The notes below the pieces were generated by a model. The model saw only the letters and a list, made by a program, of their open reading frames with translations. It made no database searches and was not told where the DNA came from. The position numbers were made by a program, and so were the translations under genes. DNA of 64,000 nucleotides from Deltaproteobacteria bacterium (GTDB lineage Bacteria > Desulfobacterota > GWC2-55-46): contig JACOUO010000011.1 in the NCBI GenBank assembly GCA_016177845.1, positions 512,326-576,325 of the forward strand, in the 5' to 3' direction. This document shows, in pieces, positions 9,275 to 19,260 of the stretch (positions are counted from its first letter, which is position 1; each line of letters opens with the position of its first letter).

Positions 9275-10259
9275 CGCCTTTACCTGACCTTACGAGCTTG
9301 CCTTCCTGCTCGAGCCTTCTCGCTATTTTTATTATTTCCTGCTGTGCCTTTTCCACATCGCTGAGCTTTACGGGGCCTTTTGTCTCCATGTCCTCTCTGA
9401 GCATCTCTGAGGCCCTCTCCGACATGTTCTTCAGGAACTTCTCTCTTATGCCTTCCTCCGCGCCCTTGAGAGCGAAACCAAGGACATCTCCGCTGAGCTC
9501 TTTTATTATAAGCTGCAGGCCCTTGTCGTCTATGCCCATAAGGTCTGAGAATACGAACATTTTCTCCTGTATCTTTATCGCGAGGTCCGGGCTCGCCCTT
9601 TCAATTACATCCATGATATCGCCTTCAAGCTTGGACTCTATCTGGTTGAGTATTTCAGCGGCAGCTTTTACCCCTTCTACTGTCGAGCCCTGTCCGTTCT
9701 CTGCGCTTATCATCTGGTCGCTTAAAAGAAGTTCAAGATCTTTTACCGCAGCCTGCGGTATCCGTTTAAGGGTTGCCACCCTGAGCATTACTTCTCCCCT
9801 GACCCGTTCTTCAGGAAGGGACATGAGCACCTGAGCCGCCCTTTCAGGGTCGAGGTGCACGAGTATGAGCGCGATTATCTGCGGATGCTCTGATTTTACG
9901 ATGTTCGCTATAATAGCGGGGTCCATCCATTTAAGGCTGTCGATTCCGCCTTTGCCGCCCATCTCCCTTGTTATCTGGTCGATTATCTGCTGCGCCCTTT
10001 CAGGACCAAGTGTTTTTGTAATGACATTCCTGGCAAATTCAATGCCTTCTACCATCAGTTCTCCGTTCTTCATGTTCTCGACGAACTCACCGACGACCTG
10101 TTTGCCCACGGAGAGCGGAACTGACTCTTTCCTGACAATGGTGCCTCCGAGCAGATGCATCTCGGCAGGCGACATGAACTTACATACCTCGCTTGCCAGC
10201 TCCTCACCGATATTCATCAATAATATGGCTGCCTTGTCTATTCCTGTTATCTTAGCCAT
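9261..10259 (-). CDS. fliG: Flagellar motor switch protein FliG
   Basis: 332 aa containing conserved FliG segments (e.g. MAKITGIDKAAILLMNIGEELASEV and the C-terminal motor-interaction domain). Confidence 0.9.
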   Translation of the reverse strand: MAKITGIDKAAILLMNIGEELASEVCKFMSPAEMHLLGGTIVRKESVPLSVGKQVVGEFVENMKNGELMVEGIEFARNVITKTLGPERAQQIIDQITREMGGKGGIDSLKWMDPAIIANIVKSEHPQIIALILVHLDPERAAQVLMSLPEERVRGEVMLRVATLKRIPQAAVKDLELLLSDQMISAENGQGSTVEGVKAAAEILNQIESKLEGDIMDVIERASPDLAIKIQEKMFVFSDLMGIDDKGLQLIIKELSGDVLGFALKGAEEGIREKFLKNMSERASEMLREDMETKGPVKLSDVEKAQQEIIKIARRLEQEGKLVRSGKGDVLI

Positions 10260-10265
10260 TGATAT

Positions 10266-11846
10266 TTATCTCTCCTTGATCCAGCCTTTAAGCACCATCG
10301 CAACCTGCTGAGGGTTATCTTTCACAGCCCTCTTTATCTTCTCAAGGCCGTCATCCATGGAGCCTGCCTCAAGCGCAAGCTCTGCGCCTGCGGGCAGACT
10401 TGCCTGAAGTCCCTCTGGCAGAGCATTCTGGTCAGCCGTCTTCTCGCTTTCAGTGAGCTTCTTTGTAATGGGCCTGAGTACGAAGAATATAGCAAGAATA
10501 GCTATAAGAAGAATGCTTGAATATTTTATAATCGAAGGCACCATGTAAGGCGGAATGACAGGGGCCTTTTCAGCCTCCATGCCTGCTTCAGTGTAGTCAG
10601 ACTCAAAAGGAGTGCTTACGACGGTGATAACATCTCCCCTTTGCTGGTCAAAGCCGACTGCGCCTTTTACCATGTCACTGAATTTTGAAATCTCTTCTTC
10701 TGTACGAGCGTTGTACTTCCTCACCTCTTTGCCGTCAGCGCCCTTCGTAGTCTCATAGCTCCCGTCAAGCAGCACGCTTACGGTAAGCCTCTTGATTCCG
10801 CCTAAGGGTTCGACGACATGGCTTGTCACCTTGTTAATTTCGTAATTAATGACCTCATCAGACCTCTGCGACTGCGCAGGCGTTGCGTTAGCCGCAGCAT
10901 TATTCTTGCTCTCGGGAAGATTTGAAAGCACTCCCGGCACGCCCATTACCATTGAGCCGCCGATTGTCTTTTCCCTGTTCCTGTGCTCGCTCCTTATGAC
11001 CTGGCTGTCAGGGTCATAAGTCTCTTCGGTCCTCTCCACATGCTTTGAATCTACATCGACCGCAACCCTTGCCACGACATTATCGACGCCTACTGCCTTC
11101 TCAAGCATTGACTGAAGCCTTGTTTCAAGGTCTTTCTCTATGGACCTCTTGTATTCAAGCTGGGATGATGTGAGCTTGAGGGCATCATCGCCCTCTGAAG
11201 GCTTTGTCCACATCCGCCCGGCAGTATCCACAACCGCGATATCTTCGGGATTGAGATTCTCAGAGCTGTTCGCTACCAGATGCACTATGGAGCTTACCTG
11301 ACCGGGATTAAGCGTTTTACCCTGCTTGAGTTTCACGATGACAGAAGCTGTTGCCTTTTTCTGGTCATCGAGGAAAACCCCTTTTTCAGGCAGTGACAGA
11401 TGGACTCTCGCGTTCTCTATCTCTTTTATCTGCGAGATGGTCCTTGCAAGCTCTCCCTGAAGCGCCCTCTTGTAATTTATCTTCTGAACATAATCCGTTA
11501 CCCCAAAGCTTGTCTTATCAAATATCTCAAAGCCGATACCGCCGCCCTGCGGCAGGCCTTCGCCTGCAAGCTGCATCCTTGTCTCATGCACCTTGTCAGC
11601 GGGAATCGTGATTTTCGAGCCGTCAACTTTGTAAGGTATCTTTTTCTCTTTAAGCTTTTCTATGACCTGCCCGGCGTCTTCCTCTGAAAGCTGTGAGTAA
11701 AGCGTCTGATATTCCGGCCCTTTGTTCCAAAGGAGGAGTACGACCAATGCGGCAATCACAAAAGCGACTACGCCCAGAAGCCCTGCTGTCTTAGCGGGGC
11801 CAAGCTTTTTAAAATGCTCCTGTATGTTTGCAAAGCTCAAAGCCAT
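10266..11846 (-). CDS. fliF: Flagellar MS-ring protein FliF
   Basis: 526 aa with an N-terminal transmembrane helix, an internal transmembrane helix near the C-terminus, and conserved FliF/YscJ-like periplasmic regions. Confidence 0.9.
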   Translation of the reverse strand: MALSFANIQEHFKKLGPAKTAGLLGVVAFVIAALVVLLLWNKGPEYQTLYSQLSEEDAGQVIEKLKEKKIPYKVDGSKITIPADKVHETRMQLAGEGLPQGGGIGFEIFDKTSFGVTDYVQKINYKRALQGELARTISQIKEIENARVHLSLPEKGVFLDDQKKATASVIVKLKQGKTLNPGQVSSIVHLVANSSENLNPEDIAVVDTAGRMWTKPSEGDDALKLTSSQLEYKRSIEKDLETRLQSMLEKAVGVDNVVARVAVDVDSKHVERTEETYDPDSQVIRSEHRNREKTIGGSMVMGVPGVLSNLPESKNNAAANATPAQSQRSDEVINYEINKVTSHVVEPLGGIKRLTVSVLLDGSYETTKGADGKEVRKYNARTEEEISKFSDMVKGAVGFDQQRGDVITVVSTPFESDYTEAGMEAEKAPVIPPYMVPSIIKYSSILLIAILAIFFVLRPITKKLTESEKTADQNALPEGLQASLPAGAELALEAGSMDDGLEKIKRAVKDNPQQVAMVLKGWIKER

Positions 11847-11849
11847 GGA

Positions 11850-12152
11850 TTATACCTGTGTCCTCATGATTTCTTCGTATGCCTGCACAAGCTTGTTCCT
11901 GACCTGCACCATCATGTTAAATGACAGGTTAGCCTTCTCTACCGCTATCATTGTGTCATGTATATTGGTCACTTCCCCTTTTGCAAGGCCTTGCATTGCC
12001 TGGTCAGCCTCTGTCTGGAGATTATTCACTTTCTCTATCGAATCCTTCAGCACAGTGCTGAATGTGTCGTTGCCGCCAATGGGATTTAAGTTATCCTTAA
12101 CGGAATTAAGCGCTGCCTTGGCAGCTAATCCAGCACCTTTGATTGACTCCAT
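11850..12152 (-). CDS. fliE: Flagellar hook-basal body protein FliE
   Basis: 100 aa. The C-terminal motif NMMVQVRNKLVQAYEEIMRTQV is typical of FliE. Confidence 0.8.
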   Translation of the reverse strand: MESIKGAGLAAKAALNSVKDNLNPIGGNDTFSTVLKDSIEKVNNLQTEADQAMQGLAKGEVTNIHDTMIAVEKANLSFNMMVQVRNKLVQAYEEIMRTQV

Positions 12153-12186
12153 TTTTCAAGCCCTCCTGAATCGTTTCTGAATAATT

Positions 12187-12615
12187 CTATTGGCCTATCT
12201 CAAGCGCCTTTAAAGCCATGTCCCTTGTCGACTTGAAAGCCGTAACATTAGCCTCATAGCTTCGCGAGGCCGCTATCATATTGACCATCTCTTCAGCCAC
12301 ATTCACATTCGGATAAGCCACATAGCCCTTTGCGTCAGCATCAGGATGAGTCGGCTCATAGGAGTATTTAAGCGGCCTCTGGTCATCAATAATGCCGGTG
12401 ACCTTTACTCCGATGTTATAGTTATTGAGGCTGGTCTTAAGCATGCTATCAAAGCCGTTTGCGTTCTGGGACTCAAATACGATGTCCTTTCTCCTGTACG
12501 CTCCGCCGTCCGCCGTCCTTGTGGTTTCAACATTGGCGAGGTTTGAGGCCACTACATTCATCCTGAGCCTCTGCGCCTCCATCCCTGACGCGCTTACTGA
12601 AAAAATATCGAACAT
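12187..12615 (-). CDS. flgC: Flagellar basal-body rod protein FlgC
   Basis: 142 aa. Contains the N-terminal MFDIFSVSASGMEAQRLRMNVVASNLANV and the C-terminal rod domain. Confidence 0.9.
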   Translation of the reverse strand: MFDIFSVSASGMEAQRLRMNVVASNLANVETTRTADGGAYRRKDIVFESQNANGFDSMLKTSLNNYNIGVKVTGIIDDQRPLKYSYEPTHPDADAKGYVAYPNVNVAEEMVNMIAASRSYEANVTAFKSTRDMALKALEIGQ

Positions 12616-12618
12616 GGA

Positions 12619-13035
12619 TTATCTGCCCCCTTCCTTGATGGCTGTCATCAAGAGGTTAAATTTGGTTTTAAGCATCTTTGCCGAAATATTATAATTGAGG
12701 GAATTTTCCGAAAGCCTCACCATCTCGCCTTCAATGCCTACCGAATTCTTGTCATAACTTACAATCTCAGTTGCCCTGTCGCCTATGAGCGGATTCCCGG
12801 CAATACCGTTGCCTATGGGTATGTGCCTGGGGCTGGTGCTTACAAGCACCGTATCAGCAGTGCCGCTCTCCCTTTTTTTAAGCTCGTTCTCAAAATTCAG
12901 GTCCACGGCCCGGTAGCCCGGTGTCTCCTGATTGGCTATGTTTGACGCAAGGAGTTTTTGTCTCGAAGCCCTCAGGTCAAGAGCGTTCCCAAGGAGTGAC
13001 ATTGTATTGTCGAATAAACCGCCGGCCATGAGCAT
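12619..13035 (-). CDS. flgB: Flagellar basal-body rod protein FlgB
   Basis: 138 aa. Contains SLLGNALDLRASRQKLLASNIANQETPGYRA. The likely start is the M at 13029, which has better ribosome-binding-site spacing. Confidence 0.85.
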   Translation of the reverse strand: MLMAGGLFDNTMSLLGNALDLRASRQKLLASNIANQETPGYRAVDLNFENELKKRESGTADTVLVSTSPRHIPIGNGIAGNPLIGDRATEIVSYDKNSVGIEGEMVRLSENSLNYNISAKMLKTKFNLLMTAIKEGGR

Positions 13036-13068
13036 TTTCCTTTCTTAAAGAAATATGACTAAAAGAAT

Positions 13069-13084
13069 TGCAATAAATGTACCA
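13069..13084 (-). promoter_or_regulatory. Sigma-54 (-24/-12) promoter for the flgBC-fliEFGHIJ-ylxF operon
   Basis: The minus strand reads cTGGTACatttaTTGCAa (GG-N10-GC spacing, one mismatch in the -24 box). It lies about 30-45 nt upstream of the flgB start. Confidence 0.5.
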
Positions 13085-13151
13085 AGATTTAAAATTATTT
13101 TACAAATACGGAAATGAATTAAAAAAATGGAAACACCGGGCAAAATCTTCC

Positions 13152-14498
13152 CTAACCGGGCAGATTTTGCCCATATTCCTTAAGTTTATTGCGCAGTGTC
13201 CGGACTGATATGCCCAGAAGCTCCGCAGCCCTTGTCCTGTTCCCTGAAACATCATCCAGAGTTTTGCAGATCAAATCCTTCTCCATTGCCCAGAGCGTCA
13301 TATTATTGGCTGATTCGTTGACAGGTGACGGTGTTTTTGTCTCTTCCGTGTCTTCCCAATCAGTGCATATCTGAAGATGCTCAAGCTCAAGTGTTTTTCC
13401 CTGGCTTATCAGTACCGCCCTCTCAAGCGTATTTTCCATCTCCCTGATATTGCCACGCCACTCGCACTCGGTTATGTAATCAAGCGCCTCCTTTGAAATT
13501 CCTTCAAGGTGCCTTGAATATTTGCGATTAAATTTGTTCATGAAATATTCGGCAAGATAGACGATGTCCTCTCCCCTGTCCCTTAAAGGCAGAAGCGTGA
13601 GAGGAAAAATATTGAGCCTGTAGAAAAGGTCTTCCCTGAACCTTCCTTCCCTGACCTCTTTTCTCATGTCCCTGTTCGTTGTAGCTATTATCCTGATATC
13701 AAGCGGCACCGGATTTTTTCCGCCGAGCCTTTCGACCTCTTTTTCCTGTATTACCCTTAAGAGCTTCGCCTGAAGTTTAAGGTCCATCTCGCTTATCTCA
13801 TCAAGGAGTATTGTGCCTGTGTTTGCCTGCTCGAATTTGCCCTGCCTCTGCGTAAGCGCACCCGTGAATGAACCCTTCTCATGCCCGAAAAGCTCGCTTT
13901 CGAGCAGCCCATCCGGGATTGAAGCGCAGTTTACCGCAACAAAAGGCTTATCCGCCCTTGTGCTGTTATTGTGTATGAACCTTGCCAGAAGCTCCTTGCC
14001 TGTCCCGCTCTCTCCTGCTATCAATACAGTCGCGTCGCTTGTAGCGGCAACAGAGGCCATGGACATAAGCCTTCTCATCGAAGGGTCTCTGGTTATCATC
14101 TGCTTGCCCTTTGCGTCAACGCAGCTCTCAGTCGCCTGTGACTGTTTAAACGCCTTCTCTACAGTTGTCTCCAGAGATTCAAGGGAGAAAGGTTTCAGAA
14201 CAAAATCCATTGCCCCTTCTTTTACAGCCTCTACCGCCTTTTGAATCGTGCCGAACGCGGTGATAAGGAGGACCGGAACATGCGGGGATTTCCTCTTTAC
14301 TTCCTTAAGCACATCCATGCCGCCGGCTCCCGGCATCTGCATGTCGCTTATGACCATTCCGTAGTTGTGTTCGCGTATCCTGGTAATGCCATCCCTGCCG
14401 TCCTCGGCAAGCTCAACCGTATAGCCCTTGCGTTCAAGAGCCTCGCTTATGGCAAACCTCATATCCGCTTCATCATCAACTACGAGGATGCTCCTCAT
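13152..14498 (-). CDS. Sigma-54-dependent NtrC-family response regulator (FlrC/FleR-like flagellar activator)
   Basis: 448 aa with a receiver domain (VVDDE...ISDMQMPG), an AAA+ sigma-54 interaction domain (GESGTGKE, GAFTGA-like motif) and a C-terminal Fis-type HTH. It overlaps the upstream kinase gene by 4 nt. Confidence 0.85.
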   Translation of the reverse strand: MRSILVVDDEADMRFAISEALERKGYTVELAEDGRDGITRIREHNYGMVISDMQMPGAGGMDVLKEVKRKSPHVPVLLITAFGTIQKAVEAVKEGAMDFVLKPFSLESLETTVEKAFKQSQATESCVDAKGKQMITRDPSMRRLMSMASVAATSDATVLIAGESGTGKELLARFIHNNSTRADKPFVAVNCASIPDGLLESELFGHEKGSFTGALTQRQGKFEQANTGTILLDEISEMDLKLQAKLLRVIQEKEVERLGGKNPVPLDIRIIATTNRDMRKEVREGRFREDLFYRLNIFPLTLLPLRDRGEDIVYLAEYFMNKFNRKYSRHLEGISKEALDYITECEWRGNIREMENTLERAVLISQGKTLELEHLQICTDWEDTEETKTPSPVNESANNMTLWAMEKDLICKTLDDVSGNRTRAAELLGISVRTLRNKLKEYGQNLPG

Positions 14499-15328
14499 AT
14501 CCTGTACTCCTTCTCTGCTTGAATAGGCAGGCCTATAAGGAATGTAGTTCCCGCATTCCTTACGGATGCTACATCTATGTAGCCTTTATGGGAGTTTATG
14601 ACATTTGAGACAATGGAAAGGCCAAGCCCTGTCCCCCTGTCCTTTGTTGAGAAGAACGGGTCAAATATCCTGTCTATATGCTCCTGGTCTATTCCGCTGC
14701 CCGTATCCTTAACCTCTACCTCCACTGAATTGGAAGAGCCGTTTACCCTTGTCCTTACACTCAGAGTCCCGACCTCTCCGATTGCGTCAAAGGCATTAAG
14801 GAAAAGGTTTATGAACATCTGCCTCAGCTGTGCCTCATCGCCCATTATCAATGTGTTGCCTTCGAATTCGATTATGACATCTACCCCTTCCTTGTCATGG
14901 CCTCTGGCAAGCAGGAGAGAATCCTCGATGACTTCGGTGAGGTTTGTCTTCTGAAGCCTTGAGCCCGGGGAATTGGCGAAGAGAAGCATGTTGGTAAGTA
15001 TGTTATCAAGGGTCTTTACCCCTTTAGTGATCCGTTCTGCCAGCCTCTTTTTTGCGCCATCCGTTTCAAGCTCCCTTTCAAGGATACTTGCGATAAGCGA
15101 CATCGAACCGAGAGGGTTTCTTATCTCATGGGCTATCTTTGCCGCCATCTCGCCCATTGCGGCAAGCCGCCTGTTCCTCTCCATTGCCCTGTTCTTTTCC
15201 GCCAGCTCTTCGTTAAGCTCTTCTATCTTGTTCTCCAGCTTTGCGTACTGCCCTTCAAGCTTGCGGGAAGCGTCTTTAAAGATATTGAATGCATCATTCA
15301 AAAGCTCGACTTGTGTGTTCACTACCAT
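14495..15328 (-). CDS. Soluble sensor histidine kinase (FlrB/FleS-like), partner of the downstream regulator
   Basis: 277 aa with a coiled-coil N-terminus, a HisKA H-box (IAHEIRNPL) and a HATPase_c domain (DTGSGI, GTGLGL). No transmembrane segments. Confidence 0.8.
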   Translation of the reverse strand: MVVNTQVELLNDAFNIFKDASRKLEGQYAKLENKIEELNEELAEKNRAMERNRRLAAMGEMAAKIAHEIRNPLGSMSLIASILERELETDGAKKRLAERITKGVKTLDNILTNMLLFANSPGSRLQKTNLTEVIEDSLLLARGHDKEGVDVIIEFEGNTLIMGDEAQLRQMFINLFLNAFDAIGEVGTLSVRTRVNGSSNSVEVEVKDTGSGIDQEHIDRIFDPFFSTKDRGTGLGLSIVSNVINSHKGYIDVASVRNAGTTFLIGLPIQAEKEYRI

Positions 15329-15344
15329 CTTCGACCACTCCCTT

Positions 15345-17411
15345 TTAAAGATTGTTCGCCGATTCCTTGAATATCGGGCCGGCCCAATTGCCGTACTCGT
15401 TGTTTAAAGCCTTAAGCTCTTCCACAGCGCCTTTATTTTCGTCCTTTTTGTTCAATTTCGAATAGCTCTGGGCAATGCGGTAGATAGCCCAGGATTTGTC
15501 CTGGCTTTTTTCCTCTTTAATCAATGAGGCCGCCTTTCTGTATCCTGCGATTGCCTTATCGTAATTCTTCAGCTCAAAATCCAGGTCAGCCATTTTTAAA
15601 TAGGCATTTACGCAGCGCTCGAAATTACCGCCATCTTCAAAGGTCTTTCCTGCCTTTTCATAAATAGACAGCGCATCCTTGAGCCTGCCTAGCTTCACAA
15701 AAGAAGAGGCCTTGACCATCATGTCTTCCGGGTCTGAGAGCAGGGCCTTTGATTCAGCGACTTTCCTGTTTTCGCCCCTCATGTACGCTATCCTGATAAA
15801 GATTTCATTCACCTCAGGCAAATGGGCGCTTTTAGGAAAGCGTGCAGCAAAATTACGGTAGAGCCTTTCAGTAGCCTCGAAATCCCTTTGCGCGATATAA
15901 ACCTTGCCAAGCGAGAACATGGCCTCTTCAGCAGTATTCCCGCTGCTTATCTTTATTGCGTTGTCAAAGCTTGAGACAGCTTCGGCAAAGAGCCCTAAAG
16001 CTACATATGCCTTGCCAGACCTCAGATAGGTCTCTCCCTTTTTACCGAATGGAATACTCTCCCCGAAGATATTCATTACCTTTATAACCCCGTAATAGTC
16101 ACCGGCATTGTAAAGTGATTCCGTCCATTGGAATACAAGGTCGTATGTGATTGAGCGCAATGTTGCCCGGATCGGGCTTGTGGGATATCTTTTGTCAAAG
16201 GCGGCCATATCAGCCAGGGCCTCATTGAATTTGCCGAGCTTCATGCGCGTAAGCACAAGACCTATATTGGCTATCTCTGTGCCCGCATAATCCCCCTCGG
16301 TAATCCTCTCGTAGATATCTTCTGCCTTGGTGAGCGAGTCAATATCGCTGTTCAATGTAAGGGCATCCGCCAGAGAAAACCCTGCCATTGCCCATTCTTC
16401 GCCTTTGAGCTTCTCATTCTGTTTTACTTTGGTATATACGGCAACAGCTTCATTGATTCTGCCTTCAGCAAGATAGGCATCGCCTATCTTCAGGGCGAAA
16501 AGCCTTGAGAGGAACTCGCTCTTGGCGTACTTGAAGCGCATATTCTCAAATATGGTGCGGGCCTCGTCAAAATGCCCCTTGATGATATACATGTCACCAA
16601 GGCTTAAACGGTTGAGGGAATCAGAATATTCGGCACCCTTGGCATTCTCGCTGTAGAGCTTCCATGCCTCTTCGGTCTCACCCTTTACAAGAAGAGTATT
16701 TGCAAGCCATACCGCGGAGCCCGGAAAACCTGCCTGAAGATTGGTCTGGAATAATCTTTTTGCCTCATCGAGCTTTCCCTGATAGAACAATATCTTAGCC
16801 TTCTCGAATAAGGCGGCTGATACAATAAAGCCCTCTTTTTTCTCTCTTGCTATCCTTGAAAAATATCCGAGCGCTTCAGGGTGAAAGCCTTTTTTTTCAT
16901 ACTCGGAGCCAAGCAGGAAATATCCGAGCTGATTGTAAGGGCCTTCCGGATGAAACTTTAAAAGGTTCTCAAGCTCTTTTATCTTCGCTGTCTTATCGCT
17001 TGCAGCTATTTTGGCTATGTTTTTGATTATCTCTGAGTTTGTGTTATCTCCTGTAGAGGCAAGGACGGAGGCTACTCTGCCCATATCGTTTATAATCGAG
17101 GCTCTTTCGGTTGAAGCAAGGTTCAGCTCATTTTGAAATACACGCCATTTAAGCGTCTCATTGGCGTTGAGCTCCTCCTTGAGGATAGCCATTGCCTTTT
17201 TCCTGTATGTCGATCTCCAGCTGTCATTGAATGCTACCCTCTTCTGGAGCATGACTTTTTCTGTTTCTTTCTGAAGCTCTTGAGAAGTGAGCTCAGGTGA
17301 TTTTGGTTTCACCTGAGCTTTTTGGGGATGGCTATGCGAAGAAGCGGGCTTTGCCGCTAAAGAGGGCTGTATAAGAAGTAACATCCATATGATTGCAATT
17401 AAAAACTTCAT
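15345..17411 (-). CDS. Secreted TPR-repeat protein, first gene of the TPR-kinase-regulator operon
   Basis: Numerous TPR-like repeats. A signal-peptide-like start MKFLIAIIWMLLLIQPSLAA lies at 17411. The track ORF extends to 17474, but that extension overlaps a sigma-54 promoter, so the shorter start is preferred. Confidence 0.6.
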   Translation of the reverse strand: MKFLIAIIWMLLLIQPSLAAKPASSHSHPQKAQVKPKSPELTSQELQKETEKVMLQKRVAFNDSWRSTYRKKAMAILKEELNANETLKWRVFQNELNLASTERASIINDMGRVASVLASTGDNTNSEIIKNIAKIAASDKTAKIKELENLLKFHPEGPYNQLGYFLLGSEYEKKGFHPEALGYFSRIAREKKEGFIVSAALFEKAKILFYQGKLDEAKRLFQTNLQAGFPGSAVWLANTLLVKGETEEAWKLYSENAKGAEYSDSLNRLSLGDMYIIKGHFDEARTIFENMRFKYAKSEFLSRLFALKIGDAYLAEGRINEAVAVYTKVKQNEKLKGEEWAMAGFSLADALTLNSDIDSLTKAEDIYERITEGDYAGTEIANIGLVLTRMKLGKFNEALADMAAFDKRYPTSPIRATLRSITYDLVFQWTESLYNAGDYYGVIKVMNIFGESIPFGKKGETYLRSGKAYVALGLFAEAVSSFDNAIKISSGNTAEEAMFSLGKVYIAQRDFEATERLYRNFAARFPKSAHLPEVNEIFIRIAYMRGENRKVAESKALLSDPEDMMVKASSFVKLGRLKDALSIYEKAGKTFEDGGNFERCVNAYLKMADLDFELKNYDKAIAGYRKAASLIKEEKSQDKSWAIYRIAQSYSKLNKKDENKGAVEELKALNNEYGNWAGPIFKESANNL

Positions 17412-17467
17412 TGTTGAGTATCTGTCCCAGGTGTTTTTATAAAAAAATAACACGGACATGATACATA

Positions 17468-17482
17468 GCAACAACTATGCCA
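17468..17482 (-). promoter_or_regulatory. Sigma-54-type promoter for the TPR-kinase-regulator operon
   Basis: The minus strand reads cTTGGCATagttgTTGCt (TGGCAT-N5-TTGC). It lies about 57 nt upstream of the signal-peptide ATG at 17411. Confidence 0.45.
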
Positions 17483-17644
17483 AGATGTGAACAGACAGAG
17501 ATTTATGGGATTTGAAAAAGATAAAAACTTAATTAATTCGAATAGTTAGAGGAAATAGTTCTGATAAGATTTGACTGTGGATAAAATCACGCCACTTAGA
17601 TCAAAAGGCTTTTATGACAGGTAAAAACCAACTGAATGTCAAGA

Positions 17645-19067
17645 TTATGACCCTGCCAATTCAGTCTGTTCAGAGGCCTCGGTAGCCTCTGCAGGGTCAA
17701 GGAGACCCTTTCTCTTCATCTTCTCAATAAGGGTAGTCCTGTTAAGCCCAAGGTACTCCGCTGCCTTCTTTTTGACCCCATTTACCTGATTGAGAGCATT
17801 GATTATGAGGTCCTTTTCAAAATTATCCACAGCGCTGTTGAAATCAACGCCTTCCGGAGGAAGACTGAAATTTACAGGCACGGCAACAAGCTCTGTCTTG
17901 GTCTGCCTTATCTTCTCAGGCAGATCTTTGGGCGTGATATAGCTGTCCTCGTCCTTTAATACTACAAGGCGCTCCACAAGGTTTTCAAGTTCCCTGATAT
18001 TGCCTGGCCAATCATAGGCCTCAAACATCCTGACGGTCTCAGAGGTTATTCCCTTGACCGTTTTCTTCTTTCTTGTGGTTATCTTTTCAATGAAATGCTC
18101 AAGAAGTGCCGGGATATCCTCTTTCCTGCTCCTGAGGGGCGGAAGATGGATGGGGATTACATTAAGGCGATAATAAAGGTCATTCCTGAACTTCTTTTCC
18201 TCGACTGCCTTTTCAAGGTCCTGATTTGTAGCCGCAACTACCCTGACATCGACCTTTATGGAATTCCTGCCGCCTACCCTCTCAAATTCCTTCTCCTGCA
18301 GGACCCTCAATATCTTGACCTGAAGCCCCGGGCTCATATCCCCGATCTCATCAAGAAATACAGTGCCGTTATTGGCTGCCTCGAACCTGCCTATCTTTGT
18401 TGCTATGGCCCCTGTAAAAGCTCCCTTTTCATAGCCGAAAAGCTCGCTTTCAAGCAGATCCTCGGGTATTGCACCGCAGTTGATGGGGACAAATGGCTTA
18501 CTGTTGCGCGTACTTCCGTAATGCAGGGCCCTTGCCACAAGCTCCTTGCCTGTCCCGCTTTCCCCAAGTATCAGGACGGTTGAGTCTGTATCAGCAATTT
18601 TGTCAATTATATCGCGTATTTTCTGGATTTCTAAGCTTGTTCCGAGGATGGCTGTGGTGCAGTTCTTCTTTATTTCGTTCTTAAGCTTGTTATTTTCCTG
18701 CTTAAGACTGAATACCTCGTTGGCTTTTTCAATGGTTACAAGAAGTTCATCTTTTCCAAAGGGTTTTTTCAGATAGGTAAAAGCGCCTACCCTCATGGCC
18801 TCAACAGCTGTCTCAACAGTAGCGTAGCCGGTAAGTATTATGCAGGCGGTATTTGGAGAGATGGCCTTTACATTGCGGATGACTTCTATACCGCTCATGC
18901 CCGGGAGCCTTAAATCAGTGAGCACGACACTAAAGTCATTCTTCTTCGCGGCATTTATTCCTTCTTCGCCGTTTGCCGCTGTTACAACTTTATAGCCGTT
19001 CATCTCAAGTATTTCGCTTAAGTTCTCACGAATATACTCTTCATCCTCAACTAAAAGGATATGCCGC
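17645..19067 (-). CDS. Sigma-54-dependent NtrC-family response regulator (second flagellar/sigma-54 activator)
   Basis: Receiver domain (LLVEDEE...VLTDLRLPG), AAA+ sigma-54 interaction domain (GESGTGKE, GAFTGA, ESELFGYEKGAFTGA) and a C-terminal HTH. The start is moved to the M of MGERHILLVEDEE at 19067, which has an AGGAGA ribosome-binding site 7 nt upstream. The longer track ORF overlaps the promoter -10 box. Confidence 0.85.
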
Positions 19068-19121
19068 TCTCCCATAAAAAAATCTCCTAAGTTGCTGTCA
19101 TAAAGGGGGTTTCGCTCGTGC

Positions 19122-19150
19122 ATTATACCGAATGCCTATAGGCATGTCAA
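19122..19150 (-). promoter_or_regulatory. Consensus sigma-70 promoter for the second response-regulator gene
   Basis: The minus strand reads TTGACA-(17 nt)-TATAAT. The spacer contains the 12-bp palindrome tgcctataggca, a possible operator. Confidence 0.5.
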
Positions 19151-19260
19151 TAATTTGAACATTAAAACACAAAAGCTTATATCAGATGGAAGGATATTTG
19201 ACAAAAAAACGGGCAGTGGTATATTGAAGTTGTAAATATCCCTAAACAGAGGTGTTTTGG

